Virus record (IMG/VR): IMGVR_UViG_3300022936_000132
Coordinates: 1-27,700 of that record
Length of the DNA: 27,700 bases
From: a virus
Lineage: Duplodnaviria > Caudoviricetes
Strand: one strand, 5' to 3'
Made by a program: the position numbers and the translations under genes. Shown here one piece after another: positions 1 through 8,640 of this stretch; positions within the stretch are counted from its first letter, which is position 1, and every line of letters begins with the position of its first letter. The notes under the pieces are model-generated. The model was not told the origin of the DNA and did no database searches. It saw only the letters and a program-made list of their open reading frames with translations.

Positions 1-21
1 AAAGAATTCAATAGCTATAGA

Positions 22-54
22 CAGCAAAAAGCCCGCTAAGCGGGCTTTTTGTTG
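22..54. terminator. Rho-independent (probably bidirectional) terminator downstream of yccA
   Basis: AAAAAGCCCGC-TAA-GCGGGCTTTTT inverted repeat with A/T runs on both sides, just past the yccA stop. Confidence 0.85.
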
Positions 55-69
55 AAACGTAGCTGATGA

Positions 70-741
70 TCAGTCGTCGCGGCTCATGATGCCGAAGATC
101 TGCAACAGGCTGATGAACAGGTTATAGATCGATACATACAGGCTGATGGTGGCCATGATGTAGTTGCGCTCACCGCCGTGAATGATCGCGCTGGTCTGGA
201 ACAGAATGCAGACCGACGAGAACAGTACGAAGCCAGCGCTGATGGCCAATTGCAGACCGCTGATCTGGAAGAACATGCTCGCCAGAACCGCCGCCAGCAG
301 GACGAAGAAGCCAGCGGTGATGAAGCCACCGAGGAAACTCATGTCCTTGCGGGTGATCAGCACGTAAGCCGACAGACCACCGAACACCAGCGCAGTCATC
401 GCGAAGGCCGAGCTGACAACTTCAGCGCCGCCTTGCATGCCCAGGTAGCGATTAAGGATCGGGCCGAGCAAAAAGCCCATGAAACCGGTCAATGCAAAAG
501 CCGACACCAGACCCCACGCCGAATCGCGCAGTTTGTTGGTGAGGAAAAACAGACCGTAGAAACCGATCAGCACGACGAAAATGTTCGGGTAGCCGACGCG
601 CATTTGCTGAGAGACGTAGGCCATCACGCCGCTGAACGCCAGGGTCAGGGCCAGAAGACCGTATGTGTTGCGCAGGACGCGGCTAACCTCTAGCTGATCG
701 GCCTGCACGCCGTTATTAACTGCGTAATCCTGTTCGCGCAT
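70..741 (-). CDS. yccA: Bax inhibitor-1/YccA family inner-membrane protein (FtsH modulator)
   Basis: VLRNTYGLLALTL...IIHGGERNYIMATISLYVSIYNLF signature, about 7 hydrophobic segments; ATG at 741 has AGGAG 7 nt upstream, preferred over the ORF-track start at 777; yccA next to serT is a conserved linkage. Confidence 0.93.
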   Translation of the reverse strand: MREQDYAVNNGVQADQLEVSRVLRNTYGLLALTLAFSGVMAYVSQQMRVGYPNIFVVLIGFYGLFFLTNKLRDSAWGLVSAFALTGFMGFLLGPILNRYLGMQGGAEVVSSAFAMTALVFGGLSAYVLITRKDMSFLGGFITAGFFVLLAAVLASMFFQISGLQLAISAGFVLFSSVCILFQTSAIIHGGERNYIMATISLYVSIYNLFISLLQIFGIMSRDD

Positions 742-817
742 GGCGAAACTCCTAGTGGTTGAAATGTTGAGTTGCAAAGATCATAACAGACGCTCTGCAA
801 TCAGCCACCCAGAGAGT

Positions 818-854
818 TTGACAGCGTGTTTCATTCCGGTATTATGGCGCCCGC
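818..854 (+). promoter_or_regulatory. sigma70 promoter of tRNA-Ser
   Basis: TTGACA (818-823), 16 bp spacer, TATTAT (840-845), GC-rich discriminator GGCGCCCGC; typical stable-RNA promoter. Confidence 0.8.
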
Positions 855-863
855 AATGCAAAC

Positions 864-951
864 GGAAGTATGGCCGAGTGGTTTAAGGCAGCAGTCTTGA
901 AAACTGCCGACTGTAACAGGTCCTAGAGTTCGAATCTCTATGCTTCCGCCA
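864..951 (+). tRNA. serT: tRNA-Ser (anticodon TGA); probable prophage integration site
   Basis: Acceptor stem GGAAGTA/TGCTTCC, discriminator G, encoded CCA; anticodon arm GCAGT-CTTGAAA-ACTGC; long variable arm; T-loop GTTCGAATC; 88 nt. Confidence 0.97.
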
Positions 952-959
952 TCTTAGAT

Positions 960-997
960 ACGACAAAGCCCTGATTTTTCAGGGCTTTGTCGTTTTT
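960..997 (+). terminator. Rho-independent terminator after tRNA-Ser
   Basis: Perfect 15-bp stem ACGACAAAGCCCTGA/TCAGGGCTTTGTCGT, 4-nt loop, followed by a T run. Confidence 0.85.
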
Positions 998-1027
998 GGG
1001 GTTTGGTGAATCTCAAGAGCGAAACGC

Positions 1028-1061
1028 GATCATTTCCGCATCTTTTTAGATCGTTTCCGCA
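1028..1061. repeat. 13-bp direct repeat, candidate integrase arm-type binding sites
   Basis: GATCATTTCCGCA (1028-1040) and GATCGTTTCCGCA (1049-1061), 21 bp apart, between the tRNA and the int stop. Confidence 0.55.
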
Positions 1062-1079
1062 ACTTGGCTATAAACAGGC

Positions 1080-2150
1080 CTATCTGGTCGGTTTCACAAT
1101 CTCCCCCACGCGGCGGTAAACGGTCTCTGTAATCCGCCTGTCGCTATGCCCGAGCAGCCGACTGGCGTCCGCCAAATCATCGATTTCGCTTGCTGCCTTG
1201 GGCCGGATGTCCCTGAACTGAAAGCTCCTGATGCTCTCTGCCAGTGCTGGATCCCGATTAGCCTGTGCTTTTGACACTGCAGCTTCTCTCGCATCATCGA
1301 AACGGTGACGCAGCATCACCTTGGTGAGATGCCGGCCGCTCTCGGTGACGATCAGATAAGGACTGATGACGCCCCTTGCCCGGTGTGCCTCCAGCAGGCG
1401 TGCAACGAGCTGGCCCAACCCGTTCAACGCCTCTCCTGCCATTAACCTGATTTTCAGTTTTTTAGAGGTTTTGCCCTGGGCGACCAACAGGAAGCCGTCT
1501 GTCACGTCGGCAACACGCATCCTCAACACATCCGATGGTCGCTGACCGGTCAGATACGCAAGATCCATGGCATCACGCAGCTCTGGCACTGCTTTGGAAT
1601 AGACCGCATCCCAAATCTCCGGCGTGGCATAGAAGTCCCGAGGCACTTCCTTGTTTTTACGGACTCCGGTGGCGGGGTTGACCATGGCGGTCACTCCCCA
1701 CTCCCGAGCCATGTTGTAAATATGAGACAGCAACGCAATTTCCCGGTTGGCTCGGACCTTGGCCGTCCGGGCGTCTCGGTACTGAGCAATCGCCTGGGGC
1801 GTGATTGCCTCTACGGGTGCGTCACCAAAAGCGTTGCGCAGCTGTTTAAGAGCCAAAAGGTTCTCGCGCTGCGTACTCTGTTTTTTGTTCGGAATCACAT
1901 CCCGTTCGTAACGATCAAATAAGTGGTTCATGAGCCTGACGATCTTCGGTACCGGCTTGCGATCCAGCTTGGCCCATTCCAACTTGGCAACGTCCAGGTC
2001 AACACCCAGAGGGATTTCGAGGCGCTTGCCTGTCGATAAATCCCGGCCATCGTAGTAATACCCAATCCAGATCTTGCCGCTTTTCAATTTACGAACCCGC
2101 CGCAACATCCTCGGTGGCAGGTCACGGTTAACAGTCTTTCTTGGCCGCAT
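1080..2150 (-). CDS. int: Phage tyrosine integrase
   Basis: LTGQRPSD (R), QGKT (K), FRDIR (HxxR variant), LLGH, VYRR (Y); next to tRNA. Confidence 0.95.
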   Translation of the reverse strand: MRPRKTVNRDLPPRMLRRVRKLKSGKIWIGYYYDGRDLSTGKRLEIPLGVDLDVAKLEWAKLDRKPVPKIVRLMNHLFDRYERDVIPNKKQSTQRENLLALKQLRNAFGDAPVEAITPQAIAQYRDARTAKVRANREIALLSHIYNMAREWGVTAMVNPATGVRKNKEVPRDFYATPEIWDAVYSKAVPELRDAMDLAYLTGQRPSDVLRMRVADVTDGFLLVAQGKTSKKLKIRLMAGEALNGLGQLVARLLEAHRARGVISPYLIVTESGRHLTKVMLRHRFDDAREAAVSKAQANRDPALAESIRSFQFRDIRPKAASEIDDLADASRLLGHSDRRITETVYRRVGEIVKPTR

Positions 2151-2153
2151 CCC

Positions 2154-2420
2154 TCAACCCACCCGCGACAAATCAAGCGTCCATGTCTCAGCCACCGCAT
2201 TGGTTGCTGACGGATTAACCCCGGCCAGTTTCAATCGCGCATACAGCCGCCCAACAATCGGCCGGCGTGCACCGGTAAGCACATACTTCCAGCCGTTCAT
2301 ATTCAGCCAGTCGATCTGCCTCGACGGCACCCGGTAGCCGGTGATCACGGCCAGCTCTTCGTCAGCCAGCGTTTCGCTCGACAGCCGTAAATCCCCCATC
2401 ACCTCGTCCCTTGCCTGCAT
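2154..2420 (-). CDS. Excisionase-like protein (DUF4224 type)
   Basis: LADEELAVITGY...QIDWLNMNGW...GRLYARLKL pattern, directly upstream of int; ATG at 2420 has AAGGAG 8 nt upstream (2399 is an alternative start). Confidence 0.8.
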   Translation of the reverse strand: MQARDEVMGDLRLSSETLADEELAVITGYRVPSRQIDWLNMNGWKYVLTGARRPIVGRLYARLKLAGVNPSATNAVAETWTLDLSRVG

Positions 2421-2437
2421 CTGCACAACTCCTTGCC

Positions 2438-2704
2438 TCAAATCATGTTCTTCATAAAAATCTGTTCCATCGCACCCCGAGCACTCAGCGGCCGCAACCG
2501 CCGAGCATCTACCCAAGTAGGGCGCCCCTTGCGATGGCGAATCCGCGCCCGTGATCCGTCAAACTCAAGAACAATGCCGCTCTTGATCCCTACATAAAGG
2601 CTGCGCGGCGTCGCCCTAATGATCAGGTAAACCACCGGGTCATTGATCCTGAAACCGTTTGTGGTAACGTCCCCGGTGCCGCTTACTGGTTGTACTGCTT
2701 GCAT
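2438..2704 (-). CDS. Hypothetical phage protein (small, basic)
   Basis: 88-aa ORF with AGGAG RBS, co-oriented in the early operon. Confidence 0.7.
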   Translation of the reverse strand: MQAVQPVSGTGDVTTNGFRINDPVVYLIIRATPRSLYVGIKSGIVLEFDGSRARIRHRKGRPTWVDARRLRPLSARGAMEQIFMKNMI

Positions 2705-2716
2705 GGTGTTGCTCCT
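2699..2716 (-). repeat. 18-bp translation-initiation repeat, copy 1 (AGGAGCAACACCATGCAA)
   Basis: Identical to 3587-3604. Confidence 0.9.
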
Positions 2717-2776
2717 GGTAGTGGTAGGTATCGGGGAGGTGCAACTCCTCGATACCCCTATATTTTCGTCAGCCGA

Positions 2777-3592
2777 TCAGTACGGCGTCGTTTCAAACAG
2801 CAACATGTCCTGAATCGCTTGCCGCACCAGCAGGCGCTTCGTTGGGCTCAGGCTCAACATCAGGCACAGGCAGTCCAGCAAAGACATCAACTGGCCGTAA
2901 TTCCTGGCCTGGCGCTCGCTGATTTCGTCTTCGTATTCCTCCAGTAGCTCCAAGGTGTACGAAGGCATGCCTCGGCTGAAAATCTCGAAAATCTCCTTTT
3001 CACAGTGTTTCGCCAGGCTGGCAAAGCAGCCCGCTTGCCAGCAGGTCAGTTCTGTAAGTGCCTCCACGCTCTTGGAAACGGGCTCAGATGCGTAAAACCC
3101 AATCAGCTGTACGCGAAGGAGGCGGTTTGCCAGCTCGTCGATGTCTGCTGAGTTACCACTGATAACCAGCGCGCCGCGGAACGGGATTCGTACAGGCAAC
3201 CCTTTAGGTGGCCGAACCAGGAAGGCTCCACCGCTGTACAGGTCAAACAGTTCGCGCCAGTGAAATGAGCTACGTCGTTCGTTACTCACCTCGTACATCA
3301 GCACTTCACGTCCGAGGCTGGCCATGACCCGCGCACGGCTGAAACAGGGGGCACCTTCTGGCACGCAAATGGGATGGGCATGCCCTTGCAGTTTGCTCAG
3401 ATAGTTCAGCAATACGGATTTTCCACTGCCCGGCCGGCCTCTGACATTGAGTAGCGGAAAGCTCCCGTACTCGCGTCGTATCCGCTGCGCATGCTGCGCG
3501 CCCAGCCACCAGGCCAGCGCAACAACGCCCTGTGCTCCATAAGCGGTCCATAAATCATCGAAGCGGATGGCGTCTCTCAGTGTGTTTTGCAT
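2777..3592 (-). CDS. Stand-alone P-loop NTPase domain, paralog of the C-terminal domain of the adjacent primase-helicase
   Basis: Walker A GRPGSGKS; aligns by eye with the C-terminal third of 3615..6338 (GAQGVVALAWWLG vs GAKGVVALAFWFG, PFRGAL vs PFRGTI, LMSLLDCL vs MMALVDCL). Confidence 0.82.
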   Translation of the reverse strand: MQNTLRDAIRFDDLWTAYGAQGVVALAWWLGAQHAQRIRREYGSFPLLNVRGRPGSGKSVLLNYLSKLQGHAHPICVPEGAPCFSRARVMASLGREVLMYEVSNERRSSFHWRELFDLYSGGAFLVRPPKGLPVRIPFRGALVISGNSADIDELANRLLRVQLIGFYASEPVSKSVEALTELTCWQAGCFASLAKHCEKEIFEIFSRGMPSYTLELLEEYEDEISERQARNYGQLMSLLDCLCLMLSLSPTKRLLVRQAIQDMLLFETTPY

Positions 3593-3604
3593 GGTGTTGC
3601 TCCT
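3587..3604 (-). repeat. 18-bp translation-initiation repeat, copy 2
   Basis: Identical to 2699-2716. Confidence 0.9.
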
Positions 3605-3614
3605 TGGTTGAAAG

Positions 3615-6338
3615 TCATGCTTGAAACAGCCAGCACTTGACCGTCATGCAACGATCAAACATCTGGTTCTTTGCGGCCTGGGCAGAGCGCACTGCACTGT
3701 CTACGGCCTTGTTGCTCTCTATGAATTTGTGGCTGCGCGACTCCTTGAGCAGGGCGCGCAGCGTCGCCACGTCCGCCAGCTTTTGTTTGTGCTCGGCGGC
3801 GCGCTCTGCGAACTCGTTGAGGTTGATGGCGATAACGTCAGGCTTCTTGCTGTGGTTGACCTGTGGGCCTTCGCCCAGGCTTTCCAGGTACTCGTAGACC
3901 TCCCAGAAATCGGCCACTAACGCGTGATCGGCACTAATCGCCGTCTGCCGCTCAAGCGCCATTCGGGTCAAGGTTTGCTGAGTCAATTCCCGCTGCTGCG
4001 CATTGAGAGGGCAGACCAGATCCAGGCAATCGACCAAGGCCATCATCTGGCTGTGGTTCTTGATGATTCGCTCGATGCGTATTTCTTTCAGGGCGCGTAA
4101 CCGCTGCTCATGGATCAATACTCGTTCGGCAAAACGCTCCAGTACCTTCGCTTCTGCTTTCACCGCGAGCAGCAGGAAGTGACTCAGGTCCTCCACCTGC
4201 AGCAGGTTCAGGTTGTCAGCCGCTGCACGGCCCTCGTCGCTCTGTTCCGGGCGATCGAAGTGCAGTTTCACGATACGGGTCAGAATCGCCTCAGACGCGC
4301 TGATAGCCGCGTTCTGGCTCATGGCGATCGTCCCGCGAAAGGGCGGCTCATAGGTTTCGTTACCGCTGGTTTTCATACCTTTGGTGCCCAGCGTGCCGCC
4401 GCCGAAAAAATCCTTCAGTTCGTCCCAGTCGAAGCTTTTGGCGTGCAGCTTGTCTGGCTCGTTCCGGTCGCCCTCGATCATCACCACCGGCATATTGGAG
4501 ACTTGCCCCATCGCCCGTTGACGGCCGGCACGGGTCGATTTGGTTGGGTCAAAGCCCTCGTAATCGCGTCCGAGCAGCTTCCACAGAAAGGTAAGCAAGG
4601 TGGTCTTGCCGGCACCGGCTTCCCCAGTCGCCTCCAGGAACGGGAAGGACTTGTAGCGCTTGCGGATTTGCTCGGCGAACAGCGAGCCGAACCAGAACGC
4701 CAAGGCCACAACACCCTTGGCCCCAAAGCTAGTCCACAGCATGGGCAGCCAGTCCGTCCGGTTGGCTTTGCTGTCCTGCTGAATGTGAATGCCGATCGAC
4801 TTCTGCAGCGTCTTGAGACGCAGCGGCCCGAACTCGAAAAAATCCTCGGCGTTTATCTGCGTAACGATGCCGCCCCGTACTGCCAGATCCCCATACACAT
4901 AGGTCTCGTACTCCCGGCTGTAGCCAATAAAGTCGATGGTCTTCACCGTCTTTATCTTGAACAGCTGCTTTTTAAGGATCTGATCGAGCTGGTGACCACT
5001 CCCGGTAAACACCGCACCAGGGGCGATATGAATCAGGCGTTTCTTGAACTCGCTTGCCGCTGAAATCTGCCCGCCGGTGAAGGTGTTCTTCACGCTGCCG
5101 CCGTCGTGGGGAAAGTCCACCTGGAAGTAATACCAGGCCTCGTCCGTCACCTCGTTGCGCTGGTAATACAGCGCCTGCGGAAAGCACTCCGCCAGCTCCG
5201 TCACCGATACACATTCGGCCAGGGATTTATCCCTGCGCTGCGCTTCATTCAACAGCTGATCTTCGTGGCGGTCCGACTCCTGGAGCTGTTCGACCTTCTT
5301 ACTGTGCTTTTCTGAGTCCAACTTGAACCAGTACAGCCGGTTGTCGAAATTGAAGTGAAACTGCCGGCACTCGTCCCACTTGTAGAGCAGCAGGCCTTTC
5401 TCCTCTGCGCGCTCGGCAATCAATACCGCGCCAAGGTGCCGAGCGTGCGCCAGGTCCTTCTTGATACGCCGCGTACGCTCCTGCTCGTCATCAATGAACT
5501 GCCAGCGGTGATGCAGATCGTTCCAGTCCACCTTGCGGCTATCGCGCTGCGGCACCTGCGCGGCCTCGCACGCATAACCCAGCTCCTGGGCCATCTTCAC
5601 CCAGCGTTTGGTGTAGCGATGCGCGCCGGGTTCGTTATCCAAGGCCCACACCAGTTTCGGCAGCTTGCCGCCACGCTGGCGGGCAAGCTCTTTTAAGGAC
5701 TCCTCCGGAAAGGCGTTGGATGACATCGCTGATACCGCCGCCATGCCGTGATGCACCAAAGCGATGGCGTCGAAAATACCCTCGACGATCCACAGCTCAC
5801 TGATGTTCAGCAGGTCGACGCAGGGCGGGCACCACCAAAACCCACGGTAGGACTCGCCGGTTTTGAAACGCGCCTTCATCTTGCCGAAACGCTTGGGCCG
5901 ATCGATCAGCCGTTCCCAGTAGCCGCCTTTCTCCAGCGCGAAGCGCACCGTCGCGCTGCCGGCATTCAGCTCCCGAGACCAAAAATTCTCCTGGGTAAAC
6001 CAACCCTGAATCAGGTCCAGCCGAAAGCCGCGGGCAAACTCCAGATACGCCCGCGCCGTAGCGGTCGGCTCTTTGTCCGAGGACGGCGCACGCTCGCTCC
6101 AGTCCTCAAACAGATCCTCATACACCTCCTTGATATGCCAGGTTTGCCCGCAACGCCTCTGACGGCCGCAGCGCAGCACCCACGGGTTCAGATCGTGGGT
6201 GTACAGCTCTTTCTTGCCGCATGCCGGGCACTTACCGCCGCGCCGGAACTTGGCGTCGGAGAGACATTTTTTAATCCCGTAATCCGCTTCAAGGCGTTGC
6301 AGGATCTGCTGGCGCAGCTTTTCTTGCATCTGGCTCAC
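3615..6338 (-). CDS. Replication protein: Zn-finger + TOPRIM primase + P-loop helicase
   Basis: CPAC...CGRQRRC zinc site, IVEGIFDA and ALDNE...DWND TOPRIM motifs, Walker A GEAGAGKT; start is GTG 6338 or ATG 6329. Confidence 0.9.
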   Translation of the reverse strand: MSQMQEKLRQQILQRLEADYGIKKCLSDAKFRRGGKCPACGKKELYTHDLNPWVLRCGRQRRCGQTWHIKEVYEDLFEDWSERAPSSDKEPTATARAYLEFARGFRLDLIQGWFTQENFWSRELNAGSATVRFALEKGGYWERLIDRPKRFGKMKARFKTGESYRGFWWCPPCVDLLNISELWIVEGIFDAIALVHHGMAAVSAMSSNAFPEESLKELARQRGGKLPKLVWALDNEPGAHRYTKRWVKMAQELGYACEAAQVPQRDSRKVDWNDLHHRWQFIDDEQERTRRIKKDLAHARHLGAVLIAERAEEKGLLLYKWDECRQFHFNFDNRLYWFKLDSEKHSKKVEQLQESDRHEDQLLNEAQRRDKSLAECVSVTELAECFPQALYYQRNEVTDEAWYYFQVDFPHDGGSVKNTFTGGQISAASEFKKRLIHIAPGAVFTGSGHQLDQILKKQLFKIKTVKTIDFIGYSREYETYVYGDLAVRGGIVTQINAEDFFEFGPLRLKTLQKSIGIHIQQDSKANRTDWLPMLWTSFGAKGVVALAFWFGSLFAEQIRKRYKSFPFLEATGEAGAGKTTLLTFLWKLLGRDYEGFDPTKSTRAGRQRAMGQVSNMPVVMIEGDRNEPDKLHAKSFDWDELKDFFGGGTLGTKGMKTSGNETYEPPFRGTIAMSQNAAISASEAILTRIVKLHFDRPEQSDEGRAAADNLNLLQVEDLSHFLLLAVKAEAKVLERFAERVLIHEQRLRALKEIRIERIIKNHSQMMALVDCLDLVCPLNAQQRELTQQTLTRMALERQTAISADHALVADFWEVYEYLESLGEGPQVNHSKKPDVIAINLNEFAERAAEHKQKLADVATLRALLKESRSHKFIESNKAVDSAVRSAQAAKNQMFDRCMTVKCWLFQA

Positions 6339-6445
6339 TGCTGCACCACTGAGACTGCGTTAAACATGGTCCACCTCAAATTTCGGGCAAAGCTCACCCA
6401 AACCCATGGGAAATGGGGCGGGGCAGTAGGATTTAGGGGGTGTTA

Positions 6446-6826
6446 CTAGGAAGCGTGATGCGGTGCCGAATGGCTCAACGTGAGCAGGCCTTGGGGTAGC
6501 AGCCGTGCCGACACGCAGTAGCGATGTTGAGTGCGTGTATCAATCAAATGCACAACCCGAGCGCCAGGCGTGCGCAGCGCTTCAACAGCCACGCCACGTG
6601 CGGCGCGTTCGCGGCGGTGAGCGGCCTGCAGTTCCGTCCAGGCGTTATGCGTCAACTGCTGCGCCAAGAAGGTGGGCACCTCCAGCGCGAACGCAAGGTG
6701 ATGCACGCAGTTATCGAACAGCAAGTCAGAGTCGGCCAGGTACTGCGCTTCATGACGTTGCAGGTAGGCATAAGCAGCGCGCTGCATGCTGCTCCGGTAA
6801 TCGTGGGACATCAGGTGATGCTTCAT
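6446..6826 (-). CDS. Hypothetical phage early protein
   Basis: 126-aa ORF, ATGA overlap with the ogr stop. Confidence 0.75.
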   Translation of the reverse strand: MKHHLMSHDYRSSMQRAAYAYLQRHEAQYLADSDLLFDNCVHHLAFALEVPTFLAQQLTHNAWTELQAAHRRERAARGVAVEALRTPGARVVHLIDTRTQHRYCVSARLLPQGLLTLSHSAPHHAS

Positions 6827-7125
6827 TGGTCTTGCTCCGTATCGTCAAATTGCTCCAGCAGATCAAGCTGGTCGTCCTTCTTCCGTGTATCGAGCAAAGC
6901 CTGCTTCCGGGCGCGCGAGAGCGCTTGCGGCACCACATTGATGGGTTGCGCCAAGCCGGAAGGGCTGAGCATGTAGTCAATCGTCTGGCTGCCACCGTAA
7001 GTCGCACCACAAACGAAATTTTTGCACTGGTAGTACAGCGCCCGAAAACACGGGGTCTGACCCTCGGATGTGCGAATGACAAGGGGGCCATAACAGGCAG
7101 GACAAACCAGCTTGTACGTACTCAT
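6823..7125 (-). CDS. ogr: Ogr/Delta-like zinc-finger late-gene activator
   Basis: CPAC...IRTS...YYQCKNFVCGATY C4 zinc finger of the P2 Ogr family. Confidence 0.88.
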   Translation of the reverse strand: MSTYKLVCPACYGPLVIRTSEGQTPCFRALYYQCKNFVCGATYGGSQTIDYMLSPSGLAQPINVVPQALSRARKQALLDTRKKDDQLDLLEQFDDTEQDQ

Positions 7126-7128
7126 GCG

Positions 7129-7368
7129 TTAACGGGGTTCCATCAAGGTTCTGGCAGCTTGTAGTGATTCCATGGCTGTATCCAGGATCGTGCTGACGGT
7201 CGAGTAGTCGCCGAACTCCCGAGCGCGATGAACCTCATGACGCAGATCGATCAGATCGTGCTCATGAACCAGCAACAGCTCGTCAAACAGAGCCATCACG
7301 TCGTGTGGCAAAACCAGTTTCTGCGGCATGCGCAAATCATCATGGTTTGCGAATTGAGCAACGTTCAT
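7129..7368 (-). CDS. Hypothetical phage protein
   Basis: 79-aa ORF, tightly packed (ATGA overlap with the antirepressor stop). Confidence 0.7.
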   Translation of the reverse strand: MNVAQFANHDDLRMPQKLVLPHDVMALFDELLLVHEHDLIDLRHEVHRAREFGDYSTVSTILDTAMESLQAARTLMEPR

Positions 7369-7937
7369 GGCTGATCCCCTGCGAACAGATCATGGTTATC
7401 CGTGGGCGTTTGCTCACCCAGGTGCGGAGCCGCGGAGCGACCAACTGAATCCAGCGGCGGAATCGGCAGCGCCAGTAAGTGGCAATGCTGGCTCAACTGA
7501 GCATGCAAGGTCTGACGCACTGCGGGTGATGTCTCGGCCTTTAGCTTGGCGAGCAACACCGGCACCTGACGATGGATCGCCAGCTGTTGGCTGACAGTCA
7601 GATACGCTGCACCGCGACTTTCCCGGGCCTGTCGCTCCATGGCGATGAAAGAGCGCCGAACTTGACGGCCTTGGTCGTTGTTTTCGACCATGGCGAGTTC
7701 TTTGGCCATGTCGAGGGTGAGGTGGTAGTCCTGGGAAGGGCGGCCACCCGTACTTTTTGCCAAAACCGGCAAAAAGTCCTCTCCGTCGGTGAACCCATAT
7801 TGATCAATTCGCTCTTTGATCCAGGTGCTGAAAAATCGACCTACTCCTAGAAACGTATGGAGGTCCCGCGCATCGCAAATCTGCTGGTAGCGGCCATCCA
7901 GCTCGCCATTGAAAACAGGTACAAGTGAAGTGTTCAT
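7365..7937 (-). CDS. AntA/AntB-family antirepressor
   Basis: DARDLHTFLGV...FSTWIKERIDQYGF...GGRPSQDYHLTLDMAKELAMVE signature. Confidence 0.88.
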   Translation of the reverse strand: MNTSLVPVFNGELDGRYQQICDARDLHTFLGVGRFFSTWIKERIDQYGFTDGEDFLPVLAKSTGGRPSQDYHLTLDMAKELAMVENNDQGRQVRRSFIAMERQARESRGAAYLTVSQQLAIHRQVPVLLAKLKAETSPAVRQTLHAQLSQHCHLLALPIPPLDSVGRSAAPHLGEQTPTDNHDLFAGDQP

Positions 7938-7944
7938 TAGACCC

Positions 7945-8154
7945 TCATTTAATCAGCGCCGTGCTTGCTGACGTTTGCGTAGCGACGATGTAAAGCGTCT
8001 GTTTACGTCCGCAAAGCTTCATTGCTGCTCTTCGCAAACGAGCCTTGATCAGCCACTCAGCGGCTTGATCAATGCTTGCCAATTTTTGGTTGAGACGAAC
8101 TCGCTCTAACAGCTCTGCTTCTTTCTCGTCACAACAGAACTCAAGTTTGGGCAT
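7945..8154 (-). CDS. Hypothetical phage early protein
   Basis: ATG at 8154 with GGGGAG RBS; LERVR...IDQAAEWLIKARLRR resembles small proteins of P2-like Pseudomonas prophages. Confidence 0.65.
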   Translation of the reverse strand: MPKLEFCCDEKEAELLERVRLNQKLASIDQAAEWLIKARLRRAAMKLCGRKQTLYIVATQTSASTALIK

Positions 8155-8179
8155 TTCAGTAACTCCCCAGTGACTGGGA

Positions 8180-8371
8180 TCAGCATGTCTCTGCCGATAA
8201 CATAGGTTCTGGTAGTAGAAGTTCTCGGGCCTCACTCAAAGCTAGCGTGCGTAGCACGCTTGCCTGTTCCATACCTGTGTAGTTCACCAATGCCTTTATT
8301 AGGTCTTGCTCGTAGTCATCGAGGTTTAGCGTGGCTCGGTGTTTACGGATGCGCTTTGGATCTTGATACAT
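8180..8371 (-). CDS. Small conserved P2/phiCTX-like early protein (possibly DNA-binding)
   Basis: MYQDPKRIRKHRATLNLDDYE N-terminus; GAGGG RBS. Confidence 0.72.
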   Translation of the reverse strand: MYQDPKRIRKHRATLNLDDYEQDLIKALVNYTGMEQASVLRTLALSEARELLLPEPMLSAETC

Positions 8372-8403
8372 AGTCGGCCCTCTTCATTGCCGTTGCTTTC
8401 GAG

Positions 8404-8640
8404 TTATTCGGAAATTTCAGACTCAATCGCGAGAATGCCCGGTAACACCTCCCTACCAATCGCGGTGGAGAGATCGCGAAGAATCTGAAAAGTGAGTCGT
8501 CCGCGTGGAAATTCATCTTTTTCCGCCCATCGCTGCACGGCTTGGGTGACGGTGCGTGGTTCGTAGCCGTGCTGAAGCGCGAACTGTCGAAAATTGCTGC
8601 CTTGCTCGACCAGACCTGCCTGGATTTGGTGCTTGTTCAT
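8404..8640 (-). CDS. Cro/Cox/Ner-like HTH regulator, first gene of the lytic operon
   Basis: 78 aa with an HTH-like segment FRQFALQHGYEPRTVTQAVQRW; divergent from cI. Confidence 0.75.
   Translation of the reverse strand: MNKHQIQAGLVEQGSNFRQFALQHGYEPRTVTQAVQRWAEKDEFPRGRLTFQILRDLSTAIGREVLPGILAIESEISE

Noticed and set aside
4110-5063. 317-aa plus-strand ORF (also 5748..6449 and 6505..7164)
   Set aside because: Antisense shadows of the primase-helicase and early genes; no recognisable motif; expected in GC-rich coding DNA.
8244-8260. Palindrome AGCGTGC-GTA-GCACGCT
   Set aside because: Inside a CDS, single copy, and does not fit the operator consensus; probably chance.
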